Source of the DNA: a bacterium
GTDB lineage: Bacteria > UBA8248
Reading direction: 5' to 3'
DNA: 64,000 bases
NCBI GenBank assembly: GCA_965221165.1
Contig: CBDCRP010000003.1
Span: forward strand, 736,001 to 800,000
Under the pieces are notes generated by a model. That model was not told where the DNA came from. It was given only the letters and a program-made list of their open reading frames with translations, and made no database searches. The position numbers and the translations under genes are program-made. Of this stretch, positions 11,912-22,723 are shown in pieces (within the stretch, counting starts at the first letter, position 1; every line of letters starts with the position of its first letter).

Positions 11912-12177
11912 AGTTAGAATCCCTCCCCCCTCGGTCGCGCACAATTCCTCCCTTCCCGGTCGGGTGAATCCCTCCCGCTTTGGTCGGAATTGATCCGCAT
12001 TTGCGCGTATCGCGCACGGGTCGAGATTCTCTATACTTGCGCGCAAGGCGCGCCGCCGTGGCCGATCCTGCGCCTTGCGGGCGGGGGCGCTTTCAAGAGA
12101 GCATGAGAGTAGACGTGAGCGGGCGTCGCGAGGGGAATTGCGGGCGAATTCCGCGCGCTAAAAGGCTCTCGATAATA

Positions 12178-12278
12178 TGTGAAAAATGGTGAAAAAAGGT
12201 GAAAATATCTGAAAATTTATCTTATTGATATATATGGGGTTATGCGGAATTTTCCCCTTTATGGGTGTGAGGGGGGGG
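12178..12278 (+). repeat. Left copy of a ~100 bp AT-rich repeat (phased A-tracts, IHF-like box, G-run)
   Basis: Aligns with the reverse complement of 26212-26331, e.g. GAAAATATCTGAAAAT and GAAAATTTATCTT(A/G)TTGATATATA. Confidence 0.85.
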
Positions 12279-12279
12279 T

Positions 12280-13155
12280 CTACGCGTTGATGGAGCAAAG
12301 CAGCGCGTGGACCGCGGCGTTCAGAGGTGTGGGGATTCGGTGCCTGGCGCCCAGCCGAACGACCGCTCCCGTCATGACGTCCGCCTCGATGCGGCGCCCG
12401 GCTCTTCTGTCCACCAGCATGGAGGTGGTCGCTTCAGGGTCCGCATCCTGTAAGCGCTCGATTGTTCGCTCGGCGACGTCAACCGCCAGTTCCGCGCCCT
12501 CCGCCCTGCCTACAGAGGCGCATTCGCGCACGAGTCCCCGGCAAAGTTCGGCAACGTCCGGATCGAGCAACACGCCTCTGCCCTTATCGGTCAGCGCGGT
12601 GGCTGGCCCGGCGCCGATATTGTTGCACAATTTCGCCCAGGAGACGGTCGTAAAATCGGAAGTCGGCTTTACGGGCACGTCCGTGCCCTCGTAAAGGGAG
12701 GCGAGAAGCCGTCCACCCCGGCCCTCTTCGGGAACAAGCCCGGCGCCTCCTTGCTGCGCCACACGGCCGGGAGCCAGCCTGTCCGCCGGGCAGTTCACCA
12801 CGACAGGAACGACCTCAGCCCCTCTGGAGTATGGCTCCACCCGTTCTTTGTGCTCCACGCCATTTTGCAAAACGGCGATGATGGTGTCGTCTCCCACGAG
12901 AGCTTCCAGCCAATGTGCAACACCTTGCACCTGGTGCCCTTTCACCGCCAAGATGACGCAGTCGACGGGACCTGCTTCGGAGGGATCGGTGACGCACTCC
13001 ACTTGTGATTCGATAACGGAATCCTGCATTTCCACAACGAGCTTGTCGATAGGCTTTCGTACACAGAGCGTAACGTCGTGCTTATTCGATTGACACAACC
13101 GAACCCCGAACACCCCACCAATGGCGCCAACCCCCAACACGGCTACCCTACTCAT
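12280..13155 (-). CDS. panE: 2-dehydropantoate 2-reductase (ketopantoate reductase) family
   Basis: LGVGAIGG, LAVK, LQNGV, WAKLCNN, TSMLVD, IEAD, PTPLN. Confidence 0.8.
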   Translation of the reverse strand: MSRVAVLGVGAIGGVFGVRLCQSNKHDVTLCVRKPIDKLVVEMQDSVIESQVECVTDPSEAGPVDCVILAVKGHQVQGVAHWLEALVGDDTIIAVLQNGVEHKERVEPYSRGAEVVPVVVNCPADRLAPGRVAQQGGAGLVPEEGRGGRLLASLYEGTDVPVKPTSDFTTVSWAKLCNNIGAGPATALTDKGRGVLLDPDVAELCRGLVRECASVGRAEGAELAVDVAERTIERLQDADPEATTSMLVDRRAGRRIEADVMTGAVVRLGARHRIPTPLNAAVHALLCSINA

Positions 13156-13175
13156 CCATCACGCTCCAGGAAATT

Positions 13176-14120
13176 TCATACCAAAACACGATGGCCCTTC
13201 CATGAGGCCACAGATACGAAAACACACACGATGCCGGCCAGAGAATCCCAACCCGAGGTATGTCCTATTTTATCCAGCGCACGCAAAGCGGAATCCAAAC
13301 GTGCTTCATCCGCCATACCCATCGCCGAAATCATTTCATGCAAAGCCTGCGCACCCTGTCCCCTGGCCGCACACTCCAAATGCGCACAACTAATTTTATT
13401 CGTTCGCTCTGCGGCCTGATTCAATATGACGCTGGATACCTTCCTTAAAACATCGAAATATCCCAGTGCATACAACGCTATCATCACACCACACCAAAAA
13501 TCATCTCCGGATGGCGTGAGTCCCGGGCCGAGGCCAACGAGCTTGTGATTGATGGAAGAAAATTCCAGGCTCTTCTCCCCATTGAGAGTACCTGAGAGCC
13601 AATTTCTAAAATCGGCAATCTCCTTCCAGGAAGTTTCTTGAAAAAAATCCTCACCTGAGACTTCCTCGCCGCTCACAATGTACGGGATAAGCGGGGCCAG
13701 ACCCTCTCGAGGCCCTCTTTTTACTATCCTCTCAACGGGAACTGAGAGGCTACGCCGAACATACCCAAAATCCCAGGCAACGGGCAGTGGCTCCGGTTTC
13801 CATTCTTCCCGCTGGGAAGTATCGATTCCCATGCTCGGACCGAACTGGATAAAACCATTTTGGATTGTGGCTCTACCTTTGGCGGCTATTTTCTTTCTTA
13901 AATCCATACCATCCGGGAATTCACAAAGCGCATTCAACGGTCCGGGCCCAATGCTCCATGCCCCGATGCACGCGAACTGCCCCGATGTATTTTCAACATA
14001 CAAACTTCTGCGAAACACGCTGATTATTTTCGCTTCGCCCTGTAAGGCAAGAAATTCTTGAACAAATGCACCCACAAGAACCACTCGGAATGCATTCGGC
14101 ATTATATGGGCTGGCATCAT
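13176..14120 (-). CDS. DUF2877 (YlbF/AllH-like) protein
   Basis: GLGPGLTPSGDD, RTNKIS and IGHTSGWD signature motifs. Confidence 0.85.
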   Translation of the reverse strand: MMPAHIMPNAFRVVLVGAFVQEFLALQGEAKIISVFRRSLYVENTSGQFACIGAWSIGPGPLNALCEFPDGMDLRKKIAAKGRATIQNGFIQFGPSMGIDTSQREEWKPEPLPVAWDFGYVRRSLSVPVERIVKRGPREGLAPLIPYIVSGEEVSGEDFFQETSWKEIADFRNWLSGTLNGEKSLEFSSINHKLVGLGPGLTPSGDDFWCGVMIALYALGYFDVLRKVSSVILNQAAERTNKISCAHLECAARGQGAQALHEMISAMGMADEARLDSALRALDKIGHTSGWDSLAGIVCVFVSVASWKGHRVLV

Positions 14121-14145
14121 AAAATGATCATTTCATCTCGCAAAG

Positions 14146-14183
14146 AAAATCCCCTCACCCTTTCGTGAGTGAGGGGATTTTTT
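14146..14183. terminator. Intrinsic terminator, possibly bidirectional
   Basis: AAAATCCCCTCAC / GTGAGGGGATTTT perfect stem just downstream of the 111 aa gene. Confidence 0.85.
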
Positions 14184-14195
14184 CATTCACGATAC

Positions 14196-14531
14196 TTATG
14201 CACATCCAGGTCCTCTAACCTCACTCGCAGCAGCACCAGATGGTACAAGCGTCTCGGCAAAGTTTGGATCGGCTTGTTGTTTCTCGACCAGTTGGCCTAT
14301 TTGCGAGAGTAACATCTCACGTTTCATCAATCCCAAACGATAGATGCCCATCGGATTTACAAGTTTCATATAGTAATGGTTTCCAGGGTCATACTCCGCA
14401 GAGCAAGCAGAGGGTTTTTGGGCGATAGAGAGGGCATAGCTAAAAACATCCGCAAATTGAGCCAGCACTTCCTCATCATGTAAGTCTTCGGGTATTTCGG
14501 GAAATCTGGCCAAGAGTTCCTGGACGTTCAT
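14196..14531 (-). CDS. Hypothetical protein (111 aa)
   Basis: AGGAG RBS, own terminator, protein-like composition; ends in GPGCA. Confidence 0.75.
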   Translation of the reverse strand: MNVQELLARFPEIPEDLHDEEVLAQFADVFSYALSIAQKPSACSAEYDPGNHYYMKLVNPMGIYRLGLMKREMLLSQIGQLVEKQQADPNFAETLVPSGAAASEVRGPGCA

Positions 14532-14666
14532 CGTTAAAACTCCTTAAAGGGATGACTTATCTCAAGCGGAACGATTCATTAAGCTTATCATATATTGAAC
14601 TGACTAGCTCTTTACCTCCCTGCTTTTCCAAGGTCGAAAAGGATGAACCCAATAAAAGTGTGAGGA

Positions 14667-16640
14667 TTACATTTCTCTGATGAACCTCGCAGCATAGCTT
14701 CTAATATTTTTTCCGTTGAGAACATGAAAACGACGAACGCGGGCGATGGTTTCTCCAGAAAATCGACCAATGGGGATGTGAATTAAATGCTTTTTATATA
14801 AACGTGCGAACTGGCGCCAGCGTGTCTTGGGTGGGTGCGGGCTCACCAGAGCGATGAACCGTTCTTTCGAATGAAAACATGCTCCTGCAATCAATCGTTC
14901 GTCCAATGTCTGTGTGTAGTGAAATCGTGAATCCCGCCAGACATCCTCGATATATCGGGGAGGAAAAACAAAAAACGCCCCGCCATATTGTGATTCCGCG
15001 ATCCCCGGACCCACCAAATTATCCTCAAACGGGGTAGCATACATACAGAGCGTTGATTCTTCACTATGTTCCGCATACCACATCGTACGCCAAGAATACT
15101 TCTCGGCATCCGCGGGCGTATCGAACAAAAAAACGACAACCTCCAAATTCCCTCGTGCCGGGGGAATTTCTTTTACGTACAGGTCGCCCGTATGCCAGTT
15201 GCGGAGCGTTTTCCGCATATCAAGACCATCTTTTATCGATGTCGTGAATTTTTCAGTACGGGCCAAATCCTCTCCCAATAGTGCCTTGGCCTGCTCGCGC
15301 ACATGGGTATGAAAACTCTCTATCGCCTCATCTTCTGGCGGCCAGGAACACATACCGAAAGGATTCCACCTCTGGGCCCATTCCTGTCTTTCAAACGGAG
15401 TGGGTCTAGGTTTGAGGGAAATACGCCTCCAAATAGCGGCAGAGCCACCCAACCGACTCTTGATCGTTCCGACGCCTATATCAGGGAATACCGCACGGAT
15501 CATACCTACATGGACTAAATCACTTTCACTGGCTGAAGAGGTTTCACGCTGATACGGATATTTCCGCGCGGTCTCTAATAGTGCCAGAGCAAAAGCATCG
15601 CCTGCGGTCTGCTTAGCGGCAAGAGTGAGGGTAAACAAATCCGGCGTCAATCTTCTCGCTTGAAGCGTCAAATTCCGGACGTATTGCAAGAAAACCTGAA
15701 GCCTTTGAGGCGTCACCCAGTTTTGCACGGGTCGATGTTCTCTTAACCATGCCGTTCTCGCCTCCAATAGGAGTTCCTTGACACCGTCGATAGATAAATT
15801 GAAGTCACCAATGAATTCTTCGCGTTTTTTTTCGTATAAATAAGTCAGATAGGGAAACTCCCCCAAGAAAAAGGCCAAAGTACCTTCCGATACTCTATAC
15901 CTTTGGGGCCGGTTGAGGGATATGTCTAAACGGGGCCCAAACAATTTTTTGTCACCAGACGGACCTTCTCGACAGGCTGAGTGAATCCAGGGCCAATCCA
16001 TCGCAGAACACACGAAAACGATGCGCTTGTATCTCGCCTCGAGTTCGAGCAAGGCATCGGCCATCCAGCGGATTCTCGCAGCACGCTGTGATGAAGGAGG
16101 AGGCTTGGGTGCTACCGTCAAAAGAGACGCAGCAAAGGCTTCCATCGGTACTTTTTTGAGTACATAAGGATCTGGCAACACATGAACATCCTCATGAAAT
16201 CGTTCCACTTCTAAATCTACAAAAAATCTGGGGATACGTTCTCCCATTGCTACCCTGAGAGCTGAGATCACCGGCTGACAAGGATCAATCGGCACATAGT
16301 TATGGGAAGGCAAAACTGATTTATCCGCCATAAACTCTTCTTGAGCGTTCAAATCATCCTCTGACTGTGGGTATTCATCCCATGACTCATCAAATTCCGC
16401 TTCACCTCCTTCAAAATATGATTGGGCATCCTCATTCATCGACACCATGGAGACATATGGAAGGTTCTCAACACCTGCTTCTACCTCATCTTGAAAAGAT
16501 GGCGGCAGAGGAACCGCAACGCAGTCAGGTTCAAATTTCAAAATCCTATCCCGCACTTCGACGGCAAAGTCTCCCGACCCATGGATGACGGGAAGTACAC
16601 TGATCCGATTGGTGATGCCCAGAAAATCTTGCGCGGCCAT
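14667..16640 (-). CDS. Uncharacterised 657 aa protein, probable MoxR partner
   Basis: Long ORF starting 2 nt after the ATPase stop; N-terminal LPVIHGS...PDCVAVPLP loosely resembles TraB/DUF5682-like folds. Confidence 0.8.
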   Translation of the reverse strand: MAAQDFLGITNRISVLPVIHGSGDFAVEVRDRILKFEPDCVAVPLPPSFQDEVEAGVENLPYVSMVSMNEDAQSYFEGGEAEFDESWDEYPQSEDDLNAQEEFMADKSVLPSHNYVPIDPCQPVISALRVAMGERIPRFFVDLEVERFHEDVHVLPDPYVLKKVPMEAFAASLLTVAPKPPPSSQRAARIRWMADALLELEARYKRIVFVCSAMDWPWIHSACREGPSGDKKLFGPRLDISLNRPQRYRVSEGTLAFFLGEFPYLTYLYEKKREEFIGDFNLSIDGVKELLLEARTAWLREHRPVQNWVTPQRLQVFLQYVRNLTLQARRLTPDLFTLTLAAKQTAGDAFALALLETARKYPYQRETSSASESDLVHVGMIRAVFPDIGVGTIKSRLGGSAAIWRRISLKPRPTPFERQEWAQRWNPFGMCSWPPEDEAIESFHTHVREQAKALLGEDLARTEKFTTSIKDGLDMRKTLRNWHTGDLYVKEIPPARGNLEVVVFLFDTPADAEKYSWRTMWYAEHSEESTLCMYATPFEDNLVGPGIAESQYGGAFFVFPPRYIEDVWRDSRFHYTQTLDERLIAGACFHSKERFIALVSPHPPKTRWRQFARLYKKHLIHIPIGRFSGETIARVRRFHVLNGKNIRSYAARFIREM

Positions 16641-16642
16641 AA

Positions 16643-17617
16643 CTAATCGTCTTGTTGGGGGTGCAATGGGCTATCGTCACCAAAGAAAAGATCGCCGAAA
16701 TCAAGTGGTGGTGGCTCATCGCCGAGGGCTTGTTGTCTTCTACGCGCCAGATCTTTCAAGTCCAACGCATCATCTCCTAAAACCTTGGTGAGCGACTCTC
16801 TCCACGCTTCGTCTTGAGCAAGTGGATGATCTGAGTCCTGCGCGAGACGTTTAAGCGCGAATTGAAGGATATGGATTCCATCCCGAGGGGAATATTCAAG
16901 GTCCAGTTCATGGGCTTCCTGTAAAAACTCCACTGTCAGGGCCAACATCTCATTGGGAGCAAACGGCAAGTGATACTTGAGGATAGCCAGTTCATCATTT
17001 TTGTTTGGAAATTCAAGCCCTAAAGTGGGTTGCAGTCTCGAGAGAATATAATCGGGCACCTCGTACGTTGAAGCATCTTCGTTCATGGTCACGCAACAGC
17101 GAAAATCTGGGTGTGCCTTCACCGTTGCACCCGCTACGATGGACTCCACATAACGGCGATGATCGAGCAATGGTGCCAGTGAGGCCCAACTTTTTTCGCT
17201 CATCCGATTTCCTTCATCCAGCACACAGACCCCTCCCCTTATCATCGCTGTAACAAGAGGCGATGCGTGATAGATAATTTTTCCTGATTCCGCCAACACG
17301 GGTGTGATCAAGAGATCCTCAGGACGCGTATCAGAAGTGCACTGAAAAATATAAAGCTCTTGGTTTCTCTCCCGCGCCGCCGCCATCGCCAGTGTTGTTT
17401 TCCCGATTCCCGGAGGACCAATAATTCGCGGAGAGAGAGAAAAATCCTCTTCCGCGACAACCAGCCAGCAGGCGTGAAGCTGGCGCAGAACCTCTATCTG
17501 GCCGATCCATTCCTGATCAGCATCGATGTGTCTGCTCAGGTGTAGGAATACCCCTTCAATTTCCACCAACCCCACCCCTAATTTTTCATTGACTGATGTC
17601 TTCTCATGCACAATCAA
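16643..17617 (-). CDS. MoxR-family AAA+ ATPase
   Basis: Walker A GPPGIGKT, Walker [26 protein letters not shown]. Confidence 0.9.
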   Translation of the reverse strand: MIVHEKTSVNEKLGVGLVEIEGVFLHLSRHIDADQEWIGQIEVLRQLHACWLVVAEEDFSLSPRIIGPPGIGKTTLAMAAARERNQELYIFQCTSDTRPEDLLITPVLAESGKIIYHASPLVTAMIRGGVCVLDEGNRMSEKSWASLAPLLDHRRYVESIVAGATVKAHPDFRCCVTMNEDASTYEVPDYILSRLQPTLGLEFPNKNDELAILKYHLPFAPNEMLALTVEFLQEAHELDLEYSPRDGIHILQFALKRLAQDSDHPLAQDEAWRESLTKVLGDDALDLKDLARRRQQALGDEPPPLDFGDLFFGDDSPLHPQQDD

Positions 17618-17685
17618 CTCCTACGTCCAAAATCCCACCGTAAAAGATAATGACATCTCGCTCTTATCATTCGGGAATATCTTCT

Positions 17686-18432
17686 TTAATCGGTAAAATA
17701 CCCTCCGTTTACATCCAGTGCTTCACCAGTGATATGCGCAGCGTCCTCACTAGCGAGAAATAGAGTGGCTGGAACCAATTCCGAGGCCATAGCAAACCTT
17801 CCCATTGGATGTTTCGCCAGTGCTTTGTTGTATAAATCCGGGCCGAATTCCCGCATTAAAGGCCCATCAATCGGCCCGGGAACTAAGCAGTTCACGGTCA
17901 CTTTCGTTTTCGCTAATTCGCGAGCGAGGTTGAACGTCATGGCTAAAATACCACCTTTTGAAGCCGCATATGTGAGATTATAGCCCAGCCCCCCTGATTT
18001 CCCAGCCCCAGAACCATATAGAATAATTCGCCCCGCCGGAGAATTCATGAGTGCGGGCATCGCCCCTTGAATGCAAAAATAAGGCGCTAAGAGATTCACG
18101 CGAAGCGCGCGCTTCCAATCAGACGCATCAAGCGAGAGCGGGGCTTTCACCAACATGTTCGCCGCTGTGTGAATGAAGACATCACATCCACCAAGCCATG
18201 CGATTGCTTCTTTGGTCATGGTCTTCACCTCATCAAAATTTTCCAAATCACAGGGTATCTTTTTCATCATCTCACGGGATCCTGAGATGAGGTGCAACTT
18301 TTCTGAATTTCGACCCGTGGCGACGAGTTTCGCCCCCGTATTCAGAAATCCCTCAACAAGCGCTTTGCCTACATCTCCCGTGGCCCCGGTCAGAATTACC
18401 CTTTTGCCCTGAAAATCAAAACGAAGCGCCAT
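17686..18432 (-). CDS. Short-chain dehydrogenase/reductase (FabG-like)
   Basis: TGATGDVG, YAASKGG, VNCLVPG, ITGEALDVNGG; start moved to ATG 18432. Confidence 0.9.
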   Translation of the reverse strand: MALRFDFQGKRVILTGATGDVGKALVEGFLNTGAKLVATGRNSEKLHLISGSREMMKKIPCDLENFDEVKTMTKEAIAWLGGCDVFIHTAANMLVKAPLSLDASDWKRALRVNLLAPYFCIQGAMPALMNSPAGRIILYGSGAGKSGGLGYNLTYAASKGGILAMTFNLARELAKTKVTVNCLVPGPIDGPLMREFGPDLYNKALAKHPMGRFAMASELVPATLFLASEDAAHITGEALDVNGGYFTD

Positions 18433-18587
18433 CCCGCTTCCCTCGAAAACCGGTGACCCAACTTTCAGCAAGCCCCCTGCCCTGATATATATCGAATAAG
18501 ATACAATATCGACTGAAGAATAACATTCTTATAGGGAATCACCTTGTAGCCGCTTCATATGCAACAGGAACACTGTGGAGAGTACTC

Positions 18588-19853
18588 ATGAATTTGTTTG
18601 ATGAACTTAAAATCCGCGGCTTAGTCCGTGATCACACGGATCAAGCGGAAATGCTTAGTGCTTTTGAAAAAGGCGGTATGAGCCTCTATAGCGGCTTTGA
18701 CCCTACGTCCGACAGTTTGCACGTCGGGAATTTGGTTCCCATTACAGGACTCATGCGTTTTCAACGCGCGGGCCACCGGCCGATTGCGCTCATCGGCGGT
18801 GGAACCGGGATGATAGGAGACCCATCGGGAAAATCAGAAGAACGAAACCTTCTAAAGGCAGAAGTTTTAGAACACAACCTCAGAGGAATCAGGGCCCAGT
18901 TCGAGAGGTTCCTGGATTTTGATGCAAGTCCCAATGCCGCTCGGATGGTGAACAACGCAGAATGGCTGAACGAGATTCACCTCATCGATTTTTTGCGCGA
19001 TGTAGGCAAACATTTTTCTATCGGCTACATGATGGCGAAAGAATCCATTAAGTCACGCATCGCCAACGCGGGAATATCATACACCGAGTTCAGTTATATG
19101 GCGCTTCAGGCGTATGATTTTTTGCACCTGTTCGAAAAAGAAAATTGCACCTTACAAATCGGCGGCTCTGATCAATGGGGTAACATCACAGCAGGCATCG
19201 AGTTGATTCGGCGGGTTCATGGAAAACCCGCATACGGAATGACTTTCCCGCTCATCACGACTTCCGATGGCAGGAAATTCGGTAAAACAGAAAAAGGCAA
19301 TATCTGGTTGGACCCAAAGCGAACCAGTCCATACCGATTCTCGCAATACTGGATTCAGACAGACGACAGGGATGTCGGCAGGTTTTTAAGATATTTCACT
19401 TTTTTATCGATTGACGAGATCGATGAAATTGAAAAAGAACACCTCAAGTCTCCGGAGAAACGAGAAGGACAACGTCGCCTCGCAAAGGAGCTGACGACGC
19501 TCGTACATGGCAAAGCCGCAGCGCGGAGCGCGGAGCGCGCCGCCAAAATTCTTTTTGGAGTTCAACTCGATGGCATTGAGGAAAACGATTTACTCTCGGC
19601 GGCAGAGGAAATGCCAAGAACCCTGCGATCAGGAGCACCACCATATCCGCTAATAGATACCCTGGTGGAAACCGGACTTTGCAAGTCGAAATCCTTGGCG
19701 CGAAAAGACTTAAAAGGCGGTGGCATCTATGTGAACAATCGCCGTATTACGGGAGAGGGCAGTATGTTATCTGTCGATGATATATTGTTTGGTCGGTACA
19801 TTCTCCTTCGGAAGGGAAAAAAGAACTACCATCTGATAGAATGTCATCCATAA
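18588..19853 (+). CDS. tyrS: Tyrosine--tRNA ligase
   Basis: GFDPTSDSLHVG (HIGH-like), IGGSDQWGNI, KFGKT (KMSKS-like), C-terminal S4 domain with RKGKK. Confidence 0.97.
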   Translation: MNLFDELKIRGLVRDHTDQAEMLSAFEKGGMSLYSGFDPTSDSLHVGNLVPITGLMRFQRAGHRPIALIGGGTGMIGDPSGKSEERNLLKAEVLEHNLRGIRAQFERFLDFDASPNAARMVNNAEWLNEIHLIDFLRDVGKHFSIGYMMAKESIKSRIANAGISYTEFSYMALQAYDFLHLFEKENCTLQIGGSDQWGNITAGIELIRRVHGKPAYGMTFPLITTSDGRKFGKTEKGNIWLDPKRTSPYRFSQYWIQTDDRDVGRFLRYFTFLSIDEIDEIEKEHLKSPEKREGQRRLAKELTTLVHGKAAARSAERAAKILFGVQLDGIEENDLLSAAEEMPRTLRSGAPPYPLIDTLVETGLCKSKSLARKDLKGGGIYVNNRRITGEGSMLSVDDILFGRYILLRKGKKNYHLIECHP

Positions 19854-19994
19854 GCAGATACAAGAATCGTCATTCGCCGCATTTTGCAGGAGAGATGAGT
19901 GAATCTTCTTGAAAATCCCAAATCACCAGAAGATGGTGAAGATGAATTTGCTTCTCGGCCTGCGTTTAGGATTTCCTGAAACAACCCTTCAAGT

Positions 19995-21272
19995 ATGAAC
20001 GAGCGAAGAAGTCCTATCCAGGTCGAATATCATGACCTGCCGCCTGAGTTCCACCAGTGGAAATGGCGTGTTCTCATCGCCTTTTGCGGCTTCTATGCTT
20101 TCAACTATCTGGGCAGATTCAACTTCAGTCTGGTGCAATACGCCGTCATCCAAGATATGGGCATCACGCGAGTCGATACCGGATGGATCAACTCATGGAT
20201 GTTTTGGGGCTTTGCGTTCGGCGATTTGATTTTTGGACGAATCGCGGAAAGAATAGGCTATCGAAACACCATTCTTTTCGCCGCAATCGCCACGTCTGTA
20301 TTCAACTTCATCGCGAGTTTTGGAAACTCCATCACCACGCTCGCCATACCCTGGGCGGTAGTCGGTTTTGTGAATGCGGCGACATGGGGGCCGGGGCTTG
20401 GCCTGGTGGCGCAATGGTGGCCCAGACGCGAGCGGGGGCAAGCGATTGGCCTCGTGGGAACAGCCGCCGGAATCGCGCTCCTCATCGTTTGGGCGATCGT
20501 TCCCTGGGTGGCGGCGCAATATGGCTGGCGAGCCGCGATTCGCTACCCCCCCATGATTATTGCCGTCATGGGAATCATTTTTTATTTTATCGCCAAAGAC
20601 AAGCCTTCAGAACTGAATCTCCCTGAATATAAGGAGTCGGATGACGTATCCCGCGAAGCAGAAGCAGCAGGAAGCGATAGTGAACATGGCCTAAAGGCGT
20701 ATCTTCACCTGATGACAAATCTGCGCTTTTTCTTGGCGTGCCATGTCAAAGGACTGGACAATGTGGTTCGCTACGGCGTCGTCTCATGGGCGCCTTTGTA
20801 TTACGCCCAGGTGGGTGGGTTCAACCTCAAACAGATGGGTTTGCTCACCTTCGCCTATCCTTTGGGATATTTGTTCGGGCCCATATTCGGCGGAATCATT
20901 TCTGATCGATTCTTCAAGAGCAACCGCTCCATCGTCATCATGCTTGCCGCCTTTCTGAGCGCTGCTGCGATGATGGGAATCGCCTATGCGCCGGCCGATA
21001 ACATTCCGCTCGCCGTCGTTTTGCTCATCGTCGGTGGATTTTGCGTCAACATGTCTACCGTACAGGCGCTGGGGGTAGATCTGGCCGGGAGACGGCTGGC
21101 CGGAACAGCGGCAGGTGTATTGGATGCCCATGGGTATATTTACGGCGCGCTTCAAGCCATATTCTTTGGGTGGCTATCTCTCGCCATTGCAAATGGATGG
21201 TTTTGGGTGTTCACAGCCATGGCGGCCAGCCGACTCATTGCCGTAGCCCTCGTCTGGAGGGTGCGAGCGTAA
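19995..21272 (+). CDS. MFS transporter, OPA (GlpT/UhpC-like) family
   Basis: About 12 hydrophobic segments; YLGRFNFS, WWPRRERG, GIISDRFF, AGTAAG. Confidence 0.85.
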   Translation: MNERRSPIQVEYHDLPPEFHQWKWRVLIAFCGFYAFNYLGRFNFSLVQYAVIQDMGITRVDTGWINSWMFWGFAFGDLIFGRIAERIGYRNTILFAAIATSVFNFIASFGNSITTLAIPWAVVGFVNAATWGPGLGLVAQWWPRRERGQAIGLVGTAAGIALLIVWAIVPWVAAQYGWRAAIRYPPMIIAVMGIIFYFIAKDKPSELNLPEYKESDDVSREAEAAGSDSEHGLKAYLHLMTNLRFFLACHVKGLDNVVRYGVVSWAPLYYAQVGGFNLKQMGLLTFAYPLGYLFGPIFGGIISDRFFKSNRSIVIMLAAFLSAAAMMGIAYAPADNIPLAVVLLIVGGFCVNMSTVQALGVDLAGRRLAGTAAGVLDAHGYIYGALQAIFFGWLSLAIANGWFWVFTAMAASRLIAVALVWRVRA

Positions 21273-21322
21273 ACGGACGATTTTCCTCAGGAAAGCCAAG
21301 TAGCCCACGCCATCAGACGAAG

Positions 21323-22723
21323 TCAACATTTTTCATTTTCCCGTTTCATCCCTTTCAATATCTCTAACCGAATCCTGTCTTCATCACCTTCAAGTTTTTC
21401 CGCTAGGAAAGAAAGCAGGCGTTGAACCCAAATCGCTCGCTGTTCGTGTGGCATCACTAAATAAAAAGAGGTACCGAAACGCCAAATATTATCCATCCCT
21501 CGAATGATGATGTCGAATCGAACATCATCCTGAGCCGTCAAATATAGCGCTGCCAAAAGGTCTTTCCCATTATTCAGATGGAATGGAAATGATTTTTCCG
21601 TTCCATCTCCAAAGCGAACACTCAGTCCAAGGGTATTCAAATCCGTCCGCTCCGGTAAACCCAAAACAACCGAAACCAATTCAGGCGAAGCCGACTCATC
21701 AATACCAGCAACGATATAAGTTTCTCCGCCAACGATGAATCGTCCTGATGAGAGAACTCTATCCTCTTCATTTGTTTCTCTCAAAAAATCCTTCAACCAA
21801 TCGGGCAACCTCTCCCGCCCAGGACATGCTGTAGGCGTTTCGCCTTCATTCAACAATTGGAGTTTGTTTGCCCATGTAAGCAAAGAAATTAACAATGGTG
21901 GCGCGGGATGCAAAATTTCCGACTCCCAGGGCGTAATGCCGTCTATGGCGCCTTCAAGGCTTTTCATCAATCCAGCCCGCATATTCTCCCACGACTTTGT
22001 TCGGTCAATATCTTCTGTAGCTTCAATCGAAATCCCCAAGCCCTCTATCACCGCCAATCGATGAACCATTTCAAATAGATGATGATTTTCCTCTACGTTC
22101 CTATACATTTCCCGAGCTTCGCCGACATAGTCGGTTAAACCGTTGCTCTCAAGCCATGAATCCAAATCCATCGGCAGAGGCGTCAACCCGAGATATGAAT
22201 CGCCATAGCGTCGCCAAAGGCCACGAGCGCCTTCTAATGTGGCGCTTGTGGCCGGTTCTGAATGAATCTCCCAAACATCGGAAAGTTCTTTTCGTATGGC
22301 GTCTTCACCCATGCCATCGTCGAGCATATTCGCCAAACGACGGAGCAGTAAGCTGAAAAACGCTGATTGCGCCTTCACCATAGACGACAATTTTCCGGGT
22401 CTCGACGTCAGAGCCGTCAGCATCAGATACAAAGCACCGATTGACGGCTTTGCTCCCTGAACACCAAAAAGCGTTGTCATCTTCTCCAGGTACTGAAGCA
22501 CAAAACTCAACTCCTCACCGGCCAACAACTTCAAGTGTATAAAAGAAATCGGAAGGGCTTGCTCAGGCAAGGTAGGTTCCGCCTGGGGAGGAAAAAGCAT
22601 TTGGGTGAAATTTTGTCTAATTTGTTCGCCTACGTCACCAAAACTCTCACGGAAGTAGTGGTTACAAGACGACTCCCACCAGTCGTAAAGCAAACTTTGC
22701 CGTCCAGTTGGAGACACCCTCAT
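21323..22723 (-). CDS. Hypothetical protein (466 aa)
   Basis: Long ORF in AT-richer DNA; ATGA overlap with the upstream gene; no motif recognised. Confidence 0.7.
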   Translation of the reverse strand: MRVSPTGRQSLLYDWWESSCNHYFRESFGDVGEQIRQNFTQMLFPPQAEPTLPEQALPISFIHLKLLAGEELSFVLQYLEKMTTLFGVQGAKPSIGALYLMLTALTSRPGKLSSMVKAQSAFFSLLLRRLANMLDDGMGEDAIRKELSDVWEIHSEPATSATLEGARGLWRRYGDSYLGLTPLPMDLDSWLESNGLTDYVGEAREMYRNVEENHHLFEMVHRLAVIEGLGISIEATEDIDRTKSWENMRAGLMKSLEGAIDGITPWESEILHPAPPLLISLLTWANKLQLLNEGETPTACPGRERLPDWLKDFLRETNEEDRVLSSGRFIVGGETYIVAGIDESASPELVSVVLGLPERTDLNTLGLSVRFGDGTEKSFPFHLNNGKDLLAALYLTAQDDVRFDIIIRGMDNIWRFGTSFYLVMPHEQRAIWVQRLLSFLAEKLEGDEDRIRLEILKGMKRENEKC

